From assembly GCF_003918875.1 (NCBI RefSeq), contig NW_025767508.1:1-64000 (forward strand): a stretch of 64,000 bases of DNA, read 5' to 3'. This DNA is from Haliotis rubra. Its lineage: Eukaryota. Made by a program: the position numbers and the translations under genes. The notes under the pieces are model-generated. The model worked only from the letters and a program-made list of their open reading frames with translations, did no database searches and was not told the origin of the DNA. This document shows positions 35,922-49,000 of the stretch, in pieces. The first letter of the stretch is position 1; each line of letters begins with the position of its first letter.

Positions 35922-36131
35922 ATGACAAAACGTCGCACGCTGTTGCTTCTCAACGCAGATACAGTTAGTCGTGGATCCTTACCAAACTAAATGAAACAAC
36001 TAGTTTAACCCGAACCCAACAATGTCGTAGCAAAGTATATCACGTAACAAAAAATAGATATGTCCTACAGATTTACTAAAAACGGAAAACCCTGAAAGAA
36101 ATTTCACACTACTCGCATTGATTAGTAGCAG

Positions 36132-36167
36132 CAGAGACCATATAATAGATCTATTATATGGTCTCTG
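36132..36167. repeat. Perfect 36-bp palindrome
   Basis: cagagaccatataataga|tctattatatggtctctg. Confidence 0.95.
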
Positions 36168-36228
36168 GTAACAGTGTTTAACTTTTTCCTAGGCAAAGGA
36201 ACATATTTAAAAGGTGCGTAACTATTCC

Positions 36229-36842
36229 AAACACTGTTGCGATAATATACGAAGTACGAGTGGAAAGTATGTTATACAAACGTCACACATCATATTACTT
36301 GAAAGTATGTTATACAAACGTCACACATCACATTACTTACAAACACTGTTGCGATAATATACGAAGTACGAGTGGAAAGTATGTTATACAAACGTCACAC
36401 ATCACATTACTTACAAACATTGTTGCGATCATATACGAAGTACGAGTGGAAAGTATGTTATACAAACGTCACACATCACATTACTTACAAACACTGTTGC
36501 GATCATATACGAAGTACGAGTGGAAAGTATGTTATACAAACGTCACACATCACATTACTTACAAACACTGTTGCGATAATATACGAAGTACGAGTGGAAA
36601 GTATGTTATACAAACGTCACACATCACATTATTTACAAAACATTGCTGCGATCTTACAAACATTGTTGCGATCATATACGAAGTACGAGTGGAAAGTATG
36701 TTATACAAACGTCACACATCATATTACTTACAAACATTGTTGCGATCATATACGAAGTACGAGTGGAAAGTATGTTATACAAACGTCACACATCATGAAA
36801 GTATGTTATACAAACGTCACACATCACATTACTTACAAACAT
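36229..36842. repeat. 74-bp minisatellite (~8 full or partial units)
   Basis: Unit starts at 36341, 36415, 36489, etc. Confidence 0.95.
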
Positions 36843-39800
36843 CGTGGTTGTGGAGACACCTCCAGCCCAATCCTCCACCTGAAACAGCGCGGTTCGGTCA
36901 AATGACTGTGGGTCAACGTGAAACTTAACCCACCAGACACCATATAACGGTTCATTAGATGTGGGCCAGGAGTGAAATATACAATAATTATACCGCCATC
37001 ATAAACACCTACGGCCAGCCATGCTCCCCGCAGAGGACATATTCACTGCACCATTGCACGACTATAGAGAGTTTTTAAGAGAGCCTTAATCCCAGCTGGA
37101 CCCAATCTCTATTTATTGAGTAAATGCTATAATGACTCTTAAAAAGGGTTTTATTGCTATGACACGGTTCTGATGTCGCTGGTATTTAAATTTATAAATT
37201 CGTCTTTGTAGCCTTAATTTGCATATTTTCACACAGTTGCCTTTCATTATCCATTTAATGCATAATGAATTCTAAACTGTATTGTGATGCTTTTGTAAAC
37301 TAACTGTCTCTAACTTTATTGTGTCGAGTTATGTGATGCAACACAAAATTTCATTGGTGAATCAGCCTAGTTGTTGAATATGAAGTCTGTATTGTGTCCT
37401 ATTGATCAATATGAACACCTTGAGTGTATCGTCAATCTACCCACACCAAGTCACAGTCATGAAACGTATCAGTCAGTGTAGTTTCTTGGTTGTGCTTCAG
37501 GTAGGGATGTCACTGACCTATGGTTGTGGATCCGAATCCAAATCTCGCTCAAATTATACCCCTGCTTTCGGAGTAACGGGAGTATATAACGTTCATTCTG
37601 TGAGTCCTTCCGTCCTTCTATCCGTCCTTCCGTCCCGAAACTTTGTCCGGAGCATGTCTCTCAAAGTTTACGTGTATATAAGATTTGGTGGAGCCAAGGA
37701 GAAAGTCTTGTGAGCTGATCCTCACATTATATACATCAGCATCATTCATTTCCATGTCCCAAGGTGGGAACAGAAGGACATCTCAAACCTGCATTATATC
37801 GTCCCACATGAAGCTAACATACTCTGATGTGCCTGGAACATTGTTCAAAGCAGCGTCAAATACAACTTCATCACTCAATATGAACAGAATAACCCGCACA
37901 CGCCATGGTCCCTAGTTAGAAGGTATGAGTCAATTCCTGCATCTGATACGGATTATATACTTACTCCTTCACCATGATGGAGTAACGATACATTCAGAGA
38001 CGCCGTGTTTCTCAAAATAAAGACATCCATATATTCCATGTTATTCAAATGTTTGTTAGATTGCGTTTACTTATTTAATTGACAGTAGCAATGAATACAA
38101 TCGCCCTTCCAAATCTTCGAAGAATCTTTACTGGTCTGGCATTTAGTAATTGCGCAGGGGTTGTAAAGGATTTTTTCAGTCCTCCTGTAAATGTTTGCGA
38201 ACAGATCATGAAGATTACATTTTCCCGAAGGAAGTAAACTATTCCAACGAAAGAATGTTCCCGGGGGAATGAAGCCTGTGTTACCTACTAGCCGATGAAG
38301 CGCATGTATTTCCCTGGTGAGTTGATCATATGCATTCGCTTGGTCAAATATCGCTATTTATCATAGTGCTAACACTAATTTCATCTTGAAAGAAATATTT
38401 CTGCGTAAATGTTTGAACTGTATACCGTCCAAGGTGTGTTATGTAAACAACGTATTTATTCATTTTGCTATTTCAGCTCTGTAAACAATTTACAGAAGGT
38501 TTTTCTTGTCATATATTTCCATGAATATCCCGAGTATTTGTGTAGGGCTATTCCTTTTAAACTAAGGGACCGTTCATAATTTATGGGGTAGGATGGGGTG
38601 GGGGGTGTGGTTTGATGATTTTGTTTTATGGTAAAGCATGTACAATGTGAATGACCCTCCCCTTATATTTATGTACAAAATAAGTGTCTCCGTCCCTATG
38701 CATGTCATGTACAAAATCAAAGACACTTCCTCCCCTCCCCATATTTTTGTAAGCATAATTTTTTTATAATAATTGTGTACAAAACTGCTGACCCCCCCCC
38801 CACCAGATGACGTGAACAAAATGGATCATCACCCCCTACCTCCCCAGAACAAAACATGTGAAACCCCCCTTAAAATCATCACCCATCTCTCACTCACACA
38901 CACCCACACCCACTCTCTCTCTCTCTCTCTTTCTCTCTCTCACACACACACACACGCCGGATACCCGTTATGTTAGTTCTTGACATCAAATTTGCAAGAA
39001 ATGGCAATATATTCTTCAGGTCGGAGGCTAAAATTTCGAGGTTTTCAATATCTTAACCATGTATTATATTCAAAGGAAGTAACTGTAACTTATGTCTAAA
39101 TCTTCGATACAACCTTTTAAATTTTTAATCATGAAAAAAAATAACATAATACATTGTTTAATGCATTGCATGTCACATTATCATAAAGGGTCCGGGTATT
39201 GAGACGGGTACCCGGGTCCAACTCATTACCCACCCGTTCCGGGTATCCGGGTTACCCGTCCCAGCCCTAGTCTCTAAACAATACAAGTATGTGCAGGGGC
39301 AAGAGACGACGGAGAGAAAATCGTGACATGTGAAGGTCTGCTGACGACCAAGGAAATCACAACTCTTTTAAAATATACAAATATTGATAAAATGTCCTTG
39401 CACTATGTGTTATTATGTGATCGACTTTATTACCCATAATTAGGGTAACTAACCATGATTCATTCATAGTTCCATCAATAAACACAAAATATATAAAAAG
39501 AAGGAGTTTTTCTTTTTCACATAATCAACATGACATAAATCATCTGCGGAATACATTGGTCAGTGTTATTACCGTAAATGTGAATAGTCACATGCCAACA
39601 GACATTAATGATACTTTCAGAGCAACAATATTTGTGTATTGCTTTGTCAACATTGATCAGGGTGACGTTTGAACATCGTTAAGTGAGACTGTTGGAGTTG
39701 TAAACAGTAGTGAATTATAGGCAGCATGTTTGGTAAATGTGGGAGGAAATCCCGAAGTACTGTTGGTCACACATCTTTACCACACCGGTGAAACCCAAGA

Positions 39801-40099
39801 CCAAGGGTACGCTGCTGACGACCCAACACTCATTGTCAGGAAAGATCTGGGATTCCAATCCACGATCTCTGAATCCTTGTAGGCTCAAGCGCAATAACTC
39901 AGGACAGCGAAATGCGTGATCGGGTTTCGTGTGCGCGTCAGTATTCTCTGAATAATTGTTTGACAGGCCTCCAAATGGTTTCAGCTGAAGTTGGACAACA
40001 GGAAGAGATCCACCACATGTGGTGTCGTCAGTGTCTAAAAGTGTAATGACAGGCAAGAGGCGCACTAGAGTTTGTGGAGTCTAAATTAAAAGGCATATA

Positions 40100-43000
40100 T
40101 TACACCGGGTTGCCACTTTTAGAACTGACGACTTCTCTATGGGAGACGTCCTCGTGACTGAAACTGCCGTGTATCACGTTGTCAGCGGAGTCTCTAAATG
40201 TATTCACTGGGAATAGTGGACTGCCTTGTGAACTCGTCTCGGGTGTACAGGACATTGATGAAACCTCGTCCTCACTCTCATTCAACATAATGTGCTTGAT
40301 TTCGTCGTCTTCGTCAGTGAACGCAGCGTCCTGAACATCCCTGAGAAACTTGTCCAGCTCCTCCTGTCCTCCAAGCTGCTTGTCCAGCCAGTCTTTGGCC
40401 TTGTTGACCACCACCTCCCACACTAGACGTTCATTTGGGCATTCCAGCGTCAACCAGCAAATCGCCAACCCAGTCGCCCATACATTTAAGTCCTGAACAA
40501 AAAGAAGGATGTGTATGTAATACTATGTATGTGTTGAGCTGTTATTAAACTCGAGCCAGTTCACCTGAATGGGTGCTGGGTAACAGCTGGATGGAGCAGT
40601 AGGTCATTACTAGTTTCTTTGCTTCCGTCCACATTTGGTTATATAAAGAAAACTTGGACAGGTAAGGTATTGATTTAAATCACTCACAGTGCACACTGCC
40701 ATCTTTATCAGTCTGTACCGATGTACATTGATGAGACAACAAAGTGCCTCACTCAGCATCCAAGCGCCGTCATCCTCCTGCAGTGTCACCATCTCACTCG
40801 CTGTGGGCGAATCTGAACAACTCAACACGTCATGGCTGATACACGTTCGATCTGAATTATACCAAAGGAAAGATCAATGGTAAAAGTTAAAGATTTGTAT
40901 CCTTATTTGTCGTACATTAACATATTTCAGATGTATGATCCCCAGGGAGTTGAGATTGACAATACGATGTGCCGTTGAGATTGACATCCAGTGAACGAGG
41001 GAAAAACAAAGCGCCTTTGAGCAGCTGAGCTGAGCTGGATATCGGCGCTATACAAATGTTAGTATGTATGTATGTATGTATGTATGTATGTATGTATGAA
41101 AATAAGCGAATAACAGGCAAATAACCCACACCACCTCTGTGACATGTCGCATGTTTATGATAGTCAATGTTCAGAATACTGTTGACGAATGAGGTGACGT
41201 ATGTCAGGCCATGTCGTGTTAAGAAATAACAACCGTACATCTGTTTGATTTCTGGCCATGATCAATACATTTGTAACTGAAAGAAACAGTTGACATCGGG
41301 GATTGTGAGTGAACGACTTTCATAATTCCAGTTAAAACATGGTTTCACATGTTGGATGAAAGCCTAAAGACCATCCCTTCTGTGATCCCAACACGTATGA
41401 GCTGCCACACCAGAGTGCATGACCAGTGCAGATTAAACCAACGTGTATTGGATTCAGTCATGAACAACAGATACAACAAATTCCGACACCTTAGACGACC
41501 TGTGTGTTATACCATCAGGCGACAGCTGTCAACTTCGGGTAATGTCAAAGCCTACACTCACAGATATTATTGTTAAACAAATGAGCATTGTATAGAGCCG
41601 AATACAAGATTAGAAACAGAATGTTTATTGCAAATCAAAATGTTTCAAATAAATGATTCTATGTCACTAATACTTTACAACGTTAACTGTATTGTATTGT
41701 AATAAGTGTCTACGTTATAATACGTTTGAAATACGAAAAGCAGTAAATGACGATGGAAGGCCACGTGTATGATAAAGACAGGTTGATGTTGTCACCCCTG
41801 TATTCGTATAACGATGTAGCCAGGTTATGTATTACCTTCATCAGTGGTCTCTGCTACATCAGCTTCAGTTGCACTGCAAGAGACATCCATACACTTGTCT
41901 AACTGTTTAATCAGCGTAACATACGACTTACAACCACTTAAAAATATCGGATTCTTTCATAGCATGACATAATTATGTTTTATTTATAAATTATTCATAA
42001 TTTATTTATGATTATTCTTTGGTTATTAGTTTGTACCATATTGCCTTTTACACTTACAAGACCAGGTGTACATATTATGATTATCATTATTATAACGGAG
42101 ATATAGTGAAACCTTGTTAAACCGGACGGACTAGGCTCCTTGTGACTGACTGACTGACTGAGTTTGGTTTTACGCCGCTTTTAGCAATATTCCAGCAACA
42201 TCACGGCGGGGGACACCAGAAATGGGCCTCACACATTGTACCCATGTGGGGATTCGAACCCGGGTCTTCGGCGTGACGAGGCTCCTTGTGAAAACGTTAA
42301 GAGTAACACATTTCGGGAATACCGGGACACTTGCATTTAGAAGCCATCCTTTAACTGTCGCATATTGGATAACAAACAATTACCGAGGTGCCACAGTAGA
42401 AGTATTTTTCACACAGTTATCCGAAAGTTAAATAGTAATTATAAACAAAAATAATCACGATTATGGACACGCCAAACCTTACTCGGGAATCGTTCATACC
42501 TCATGTCCGTACGCGTTATCTGACGTGTAGTGGGCTGGGGGTGGTCCTCGGTGGTCAATACGTCCACACCAACGAATGACGTGTACTTTGAAACTACATT
42601 ACCCGACATACTGGCAGCTACTATCTCATCCTTCTTCAACCCGCCGAACTCTGTGAAATAAGTCATACATACATGCTGACTATTACTGCTACTAATACTA
42701 AATATCATCTGCATAAAACATTAATTGATTACAAACAAGTTCGCCAGAGAAACACCATATCCAGCATTTAATACCTAATATTCGTATCTAAGTCGTGCTG
42801 GTATACATAGATGAGAAGACGGGTGTGGAGGGGCAGTGTCGAGGGGTGAGGTACGTTGTGAATATGCTCATATTTCCAGGCGATACTTACAGGGTTGAAT
42901 AGTTGTTCCATGCAATACTATTGTTTTGTTTGTGTGTTGTCTCAAGCCTCACTCAGAAATATTCAAGCTATATGACGGCGCTTTGTAAATACGTTTGATG

Positions 43001-46000
43001 TACATTTTTTTTAAAAATAGATAATATGTTTGGTTTTGTGGTGAAATAAGGTGTGGTGTGTGGAGTGTGGAGTGTGGTGTGTGGAGTGTGGAGGGTGTTG
43101 TGTGATATGTTTGTCATGTGGTGTGATACGTGGTGTAGTTGGGTGTGGTGTGTGGAGTGAGGTGTGTGGTGTGATATGTTTGTCATGTGGTGTGATACGT
43201 GGTGTAGTTGGGTGTGTGTGTGAGGTGTGTTTGTGTGAGGTGGTGTGATATGTTTGTCATGTGGTGTGATACCTGATGTGGTGTGATACCTGATGTAGTT
43301 GGGTGTGGTGAGAACTGTGCAGTTTCATCTGTTTGTGAGGAGTGTGAGGTGTTGCAGTGTTTTGTTGTTGATGTGACGTGTTATGATGTGATGAGGTGTG
43401 CTGTGATGTGAACTGTGCGTGGTGATGTATGTGTTCCATGCCGTGTCCTTGTACCTGCTTTATTACCTTTGTCGATGACTTCCAGGTGTTTGATAAGAGC
43501 GTTGATGGCCATCCTGTGCATGTATGTTTCAGACGTGGTGACCGCGTCCCTGGAGACGTCGAACGTCAGCGTGTGCGTGAACCCCTTCTCCCCAATCCTG
43601 CCAGAGACTCTGGCTGTTCCGATAGATGGCGTGTGACGATCAATCTGTGTAGAGAACGTGAGTGAGTGAGTGAGTTTGGCTTCCCACCACTTTGGGTACT
43701 TCTTCAGTAATAACCCGGAACATCTGCTTGATGCGGAGGAATGTCTGAAGTGATGCAGTTCTTAAGCTTTCACCATGTCACGAGTGTTAACAAACCATAA
43801 ATCGTAATAGGGCGAGTGTATTGTCATATCTTGTCCCATCCTTCAGTGTAGGCTTTCTTCATTATGATAAATACAATAGACCCATTCAAATATACTTCGG
43901 AAGTGACTTCTCAATCTCGTTTTTCTCGTCACCTCCCGCTCATGAGAATAATATGATAATTGTTTATAATGTCATTTCCATTAAACACAGCTGGGGTAGC
44001 GAATAGGTTCATAAAACACAGAACGAAGATAGAGACCCTGGCACATCGAGGATGGTATGGCATGGATTCGACATCCGTGGTTTGTAAGTGCATGCATTAC
44101 TGGCATTGGTGTTGCATAACATCTGCTCACTCAATTACTAAAATATAGAAGCACCAAGATATTATTACAAGTATTTTATAATATCGGTATGTTCATACTC
44201 TTGAAACAGCACGCTGGTTTACCGTCACGCCAAAGTCGCGGGTTCGATCCTCGTCTTGGTTAAATTCACGAAGCCTTATCTTGCCTCACACATAAATGTC
44301 GTTTTCTGATTGGTTGAGAGCTCTTCTATTATTTTCAATGTACCCAGCTTACAAGCGAGTAACATTTTCTATGTACCCCGCTGGGAATGCCAAACTCATT
44401 TGGTACTTCGTAGTAGTAATTCTTTATCTCGAATGACATTGAATCACGTATGATGTACGGAAATTACCGATATTTTGCGAATGCAAATCGATGGAAGGGA
44501 GATAACTCTAAATTTGTTTTTCTTGTCGTCTTGTCGTCTGGTACTCCATACTATGATCCGATACCCGTGCTTCAAACAGTTCAAAATTACCATTGAGGTG
44601 TTCGGTAAGATAAATACGTTGTTCACATAAAGAAACATCGAGGGTACATCAGCCCATGTCCCCCTCGAGACCAGTGAACAACTTATAATGTCATGAGATA
44701 ACATGTCTCAGTGACATGTTGTCATTCACAGGTCTTCACTCCATAACATCTGACGTTAAGGACCTTAACTACCCAACTTCACTGAGTGTTGGTGACGACG
44801 CTAAGTCCATACATTTGAGGAAGCATCAACTAAATTTGTATAAAGTTCCATAAATAGAGGTTACAAAACTCTTTATATTGTCATAAAAACTCTACACAAA
44901 GGCATGGTCGAGTTGTTTCTTATGAGTTTCACGATATACTATATTCACCTTCTTATGAAGATTATCAGCGTCTCTCACAAACTCCACCAGCCCACCTCCG
45001 GCCTTGGCGACTCTCCTCACCAGCGACGTCGACAACGCAGCACCGACACTCACTGTAAAGACCCTGGGTAGAGACAGAGTTTACAATCGTAGACACCTAG
45101 ACACTGTGCCTGACAGTGTTAATTATTAAACATGTATGAAACTTTTACATGGCGCCGGAAATAGCTCGAAATGCGTTCCTTGACGTGGAGGAATATTGCA
45201 ACATGACATCAAGCTTATCATTCTGCTTGTCCCTATATACGTAACTGGAATGATGCTGAAAGCCAAGTTGAACCCGACAGTTTTACCTGACATTATATAC
45301 GTATCGTCATATGTAACACTTTGACGATATCAAGGTACAATTGAAGGTTTGCTGTGACACCTAGCCCGAAGTAAATAAGATTCCTAGGAAAGCGCACCTG
45401 CACGATCTGGCTTTCCTCCTGACCAGGGCCACTACGTGACCGACCCTGGAGACGTCTCCGTCCGTCAGAAGGAACACCTGCAGCAGAACACTGATACATA
45501 ACATCCACAGGAGCGACATGTCGCATAATCTAACGAGAACTTTTACTGGAGGAAACACATCTAAACCTTTACGATAAATTTACAATTTCACGAACGACGA
45601 TACTGCTACTGCTACTGCTACTGCTACCACTTTTATTAATGCTACTCCTGCTACTACTACTAATGCTATTTCTACTACTATTGCCACCACTGCTAATCGT
45701 TAGACTACTGCCACGAATGACTGTGACCATCACTATTCATGAAGCTGACAATAATTCACTAAATATAAACATTTTTATTGTTACTGTACAATATTAACAT
45801 TTTCGGAAATGAAAGTTAAATTGACAAATGTAAACAGAGTAGTTCTCTGGGGGTATGACACATCCCGCTCTGATAAACAGAAGTCCTACCTGTCGTGAGT
45901 AGCCGGGGATTTCTCCTCTCTCCAACACGAAGTGTATCGGGTTAAAAAACTCACTTCCTCCCATATCCGCCCTCAGATCCTCCTGGAGCTCCAAGGCTTT

Positions 46001-49000
46001 CTTCAGGGAGGCTGGCCCGTAACGCTCGCTCCCCCTTCAAAACATGGTTACACAGGTATTTTGAAGGATCACGGGGGAAGGGTTCGCCCACCCAAACCCA
46101 TTCAAAAACATAAAGGACCCCCTGGCAAGAGTAAGAAACATAATTGCATACATATTCCTTGGTCTTATTAAAGAAAAAGCACCCCAAATATTTTCGATTT
46201 TAAATTATTTTGGAATTTCAATTACAAACTTGCGTGTACAATTGATTAATCAATAAAATACGAAATCGTGTTTCTGTTTTGAACTTTTGTGTGAATATTT
46301 CCCTCTATCCCCATTTAAGTTATCAATTAAAAATTATCTTGATTGAATAGAAAATCGTGATTCTGAGTTATGGTGTTAAAATGCACTTCTGTATTTATTA
46401 AATTCCTTTACCGAGGGAAAAGGGGAGAAAATCCGGTTCCAAAGCTGATGACATTGAAGTAGCAGTCTGTCGGAAGACTCTTCAGGAAGCACAACAGAAG
46501 GTCTTGGGTTCTTCGTATCGGTTTGCCACTCATGCTGCCTGTTGTGGAAAGAATTGCCAGTGTCAACACCACCAACTGCATGACTATTTTGCGTGATGGT
46601 TATCATTGATACGGTTCGTATGCCCGGTAATTGATTCTTTGTTTATAACGCCATAACAAACAGTATGACACGTTTAGGAATATGGTCTGTAAATACTCAA
46701 ATCTAGACCAGACATTCAAGGGTAACTTTCATATAGTGTGGTATCTTATTAACAAAGTAATATGTACACACATCCTAGAATAAACATGCAATTATTTAGG
46801 TTTAGCCCAGTGACCAGAAACAGCAGCAGGAATTGTCTCCCTTAGTTGTGCCAGTATTCGAAGGAATATCTTGACAACTATTCTAGGCTTGTCATCACAT
46901 ATTAGTGATTTGCACAAATGGATAGTACCTATATCTACACCATATTAACCTGACACGCCACAACATATATTGCCGAAAATATCCACCATCATCATAACCA
47001 TTCGATTTATAACGAACGCGTTAATAACGAACTGGCTCATATGAGGAACTGTGTACTTTGGTACCGGTCACTTGCGGTCGAAATGCCTGTAACGAACTAC
47101 GGTTGTAAAGAACTAAAGTAGTACCTTTGTGTTCGTTAAAACCGTATTTCACAGTAGTTGTATATACGACGGCTGGCTACAGAATCCTGTATGCATATGA
47201 TCATACAACACACGCATCATACAACACACGCGTCCGATCATACAACACACGCATCATACAACACACGCGTCCGACAACACACGCATCAGGCAACACACGC
47301 ATCATACAACACACGCATCAGACAACACACGCATCATACAACACAAGTATCATACAACAGTACAAGCCGCCTGCACGTACCTGATCGGTCTAAGATGAAG
47401 ATGAACTCAGCGTTCAGAGGCCCCGAGATGACATTTGGGTGCAAGGACATCATCAGTATGTCTCGCCGAAGGAGGGATGAAGATGCACCTGTGTATGACA
47501 ACAGAAACGACTAACGGAGGGATATATTCGAAGCCTGGCAACTGACTCAGCATGCTTGCTCTTAGTTATCGGTGAGTTTCTACTGAAAACATGGTCCTTT
47601 CATATCTATTTGTTTTAAATGCCACACTTAGTTATATTCCAGCTACGTCTCGACTGAAATCAGCCGTCAAGAGCAAACAAGATGTCCAGAGCATACAATC
47701 CGCCAAGAGCATACAAGATGTCCAGAGCATACAAGATGTCTTTAGCAAGTGGAGTGATTATTGCAATGACAGGACCGACACACTCGTTGCCTCTCACAAC
47801 AAGGGCGTGTTACTTTGAAGTCAGAATCAGGACTTCAATGGCATCAGTAATATATACCAATAACAATCAGGCAGCGGGGTATCCAACAATGAAACCCCGT
47901 TAATCAGACCCACCATAACCAGTCACTTCTGGAAGTTAAAGACATTAAAGTATACATTAACATAATATCAGATAGTTCTAATGAAGATACGTCGTCGTAT
48001 GCGCGGACGTTACGTGGTTGCCCGTTTAAGGGGTTTCCAGACTAAAGGGGTTCCTTCTAATGGGGTTTCCTGTTTAGTGATGTACGACGGTACCTTTGTC
48101 TCCTTTCTCCAGGGAGGTCTGGATGTTGTAGTCTTCCCCATATAGAATGTTGAACGATAGGTTATGTGTTGGACTGAATGGTTCAGTGAGACGTATCTGA
48201 AATGACACATCGTTCACACATTGACGTCAAAGCTTCATGTTAGGCCGATGCACATATTCACTTCATCAGTTAAATCGTTCTGAGAAAACTAAATGAACTA
48301 TTGCTCCAACTGCCTTCTTAAAACAAATAGTTGTCAACTTCAACATCATTCTGTAAGATGTATGGACTATATAATGGTACCTACTGTGTACCACCACCAC
48401 TACCATCACCACCAACACTACGACCACCATCAACAGCTGATCCCTAAGGATTTGTTCTTTCTTCTTTATTACGTATTACATTGCCCAAATAAATTATTAA
48501 GTGGTACACAAGCATGTCCATAATTAAGAAGTCGTATCATTTTATCAATTTTCCAACGATGCTAAATGTGCCTCTGTTCACAGAAATCGATGATCTTGTT
48601 GTATGTTGTGTGTCCCCTCCGTGGTATTGCTATTTGACAACACTTTCAGTTGCACTCCTAGAACCTGCATCTTGTGACGCTGGGCGATCACGGGAAACAT
48701 ACCGGTACCAACTTCGTATAGCAGGTGTGCTGAACATTATAGAATTCACAATAATGTCAGACCGAAATATTTCTATTTTGACAAAACAAGACGTATACAC
48801 AATCGAATTCAGGTTACTTTGCAAAAAAATATGTATTTTTATAAAATAATACAGGATTCTGACAATGCTGGAGGAATGATGTGGCTAAGGGGAAATTTGC
48901 TGAGATACACTCTTACTAATCGTNNNNNNNNNNNNNNNNNNNNNNNNNNNNNNNNNNNNNNNNNNNNNNNNNNNNNNNNNNNNNNNNNNNNNNNNNNNNN

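Noticed and set aside
36229-36928. ORFs of 222 and 177 aa and a CRISPR-like periodic look
   Set aside because: Head-to-tail 74-bp minisatellite with no unique spacers; the ORFs are artefacts of the repeat.
38563-39270. Possible MITE and hAT ends
   Set aside because: Only one convincing end for each; no TSD could be established.
39715-40065. 116-aa ORF after the VWA5A-like stop
   Set aside because: Different frame, non-ATG start, no plausible intron or motif; probably 3' UTR.
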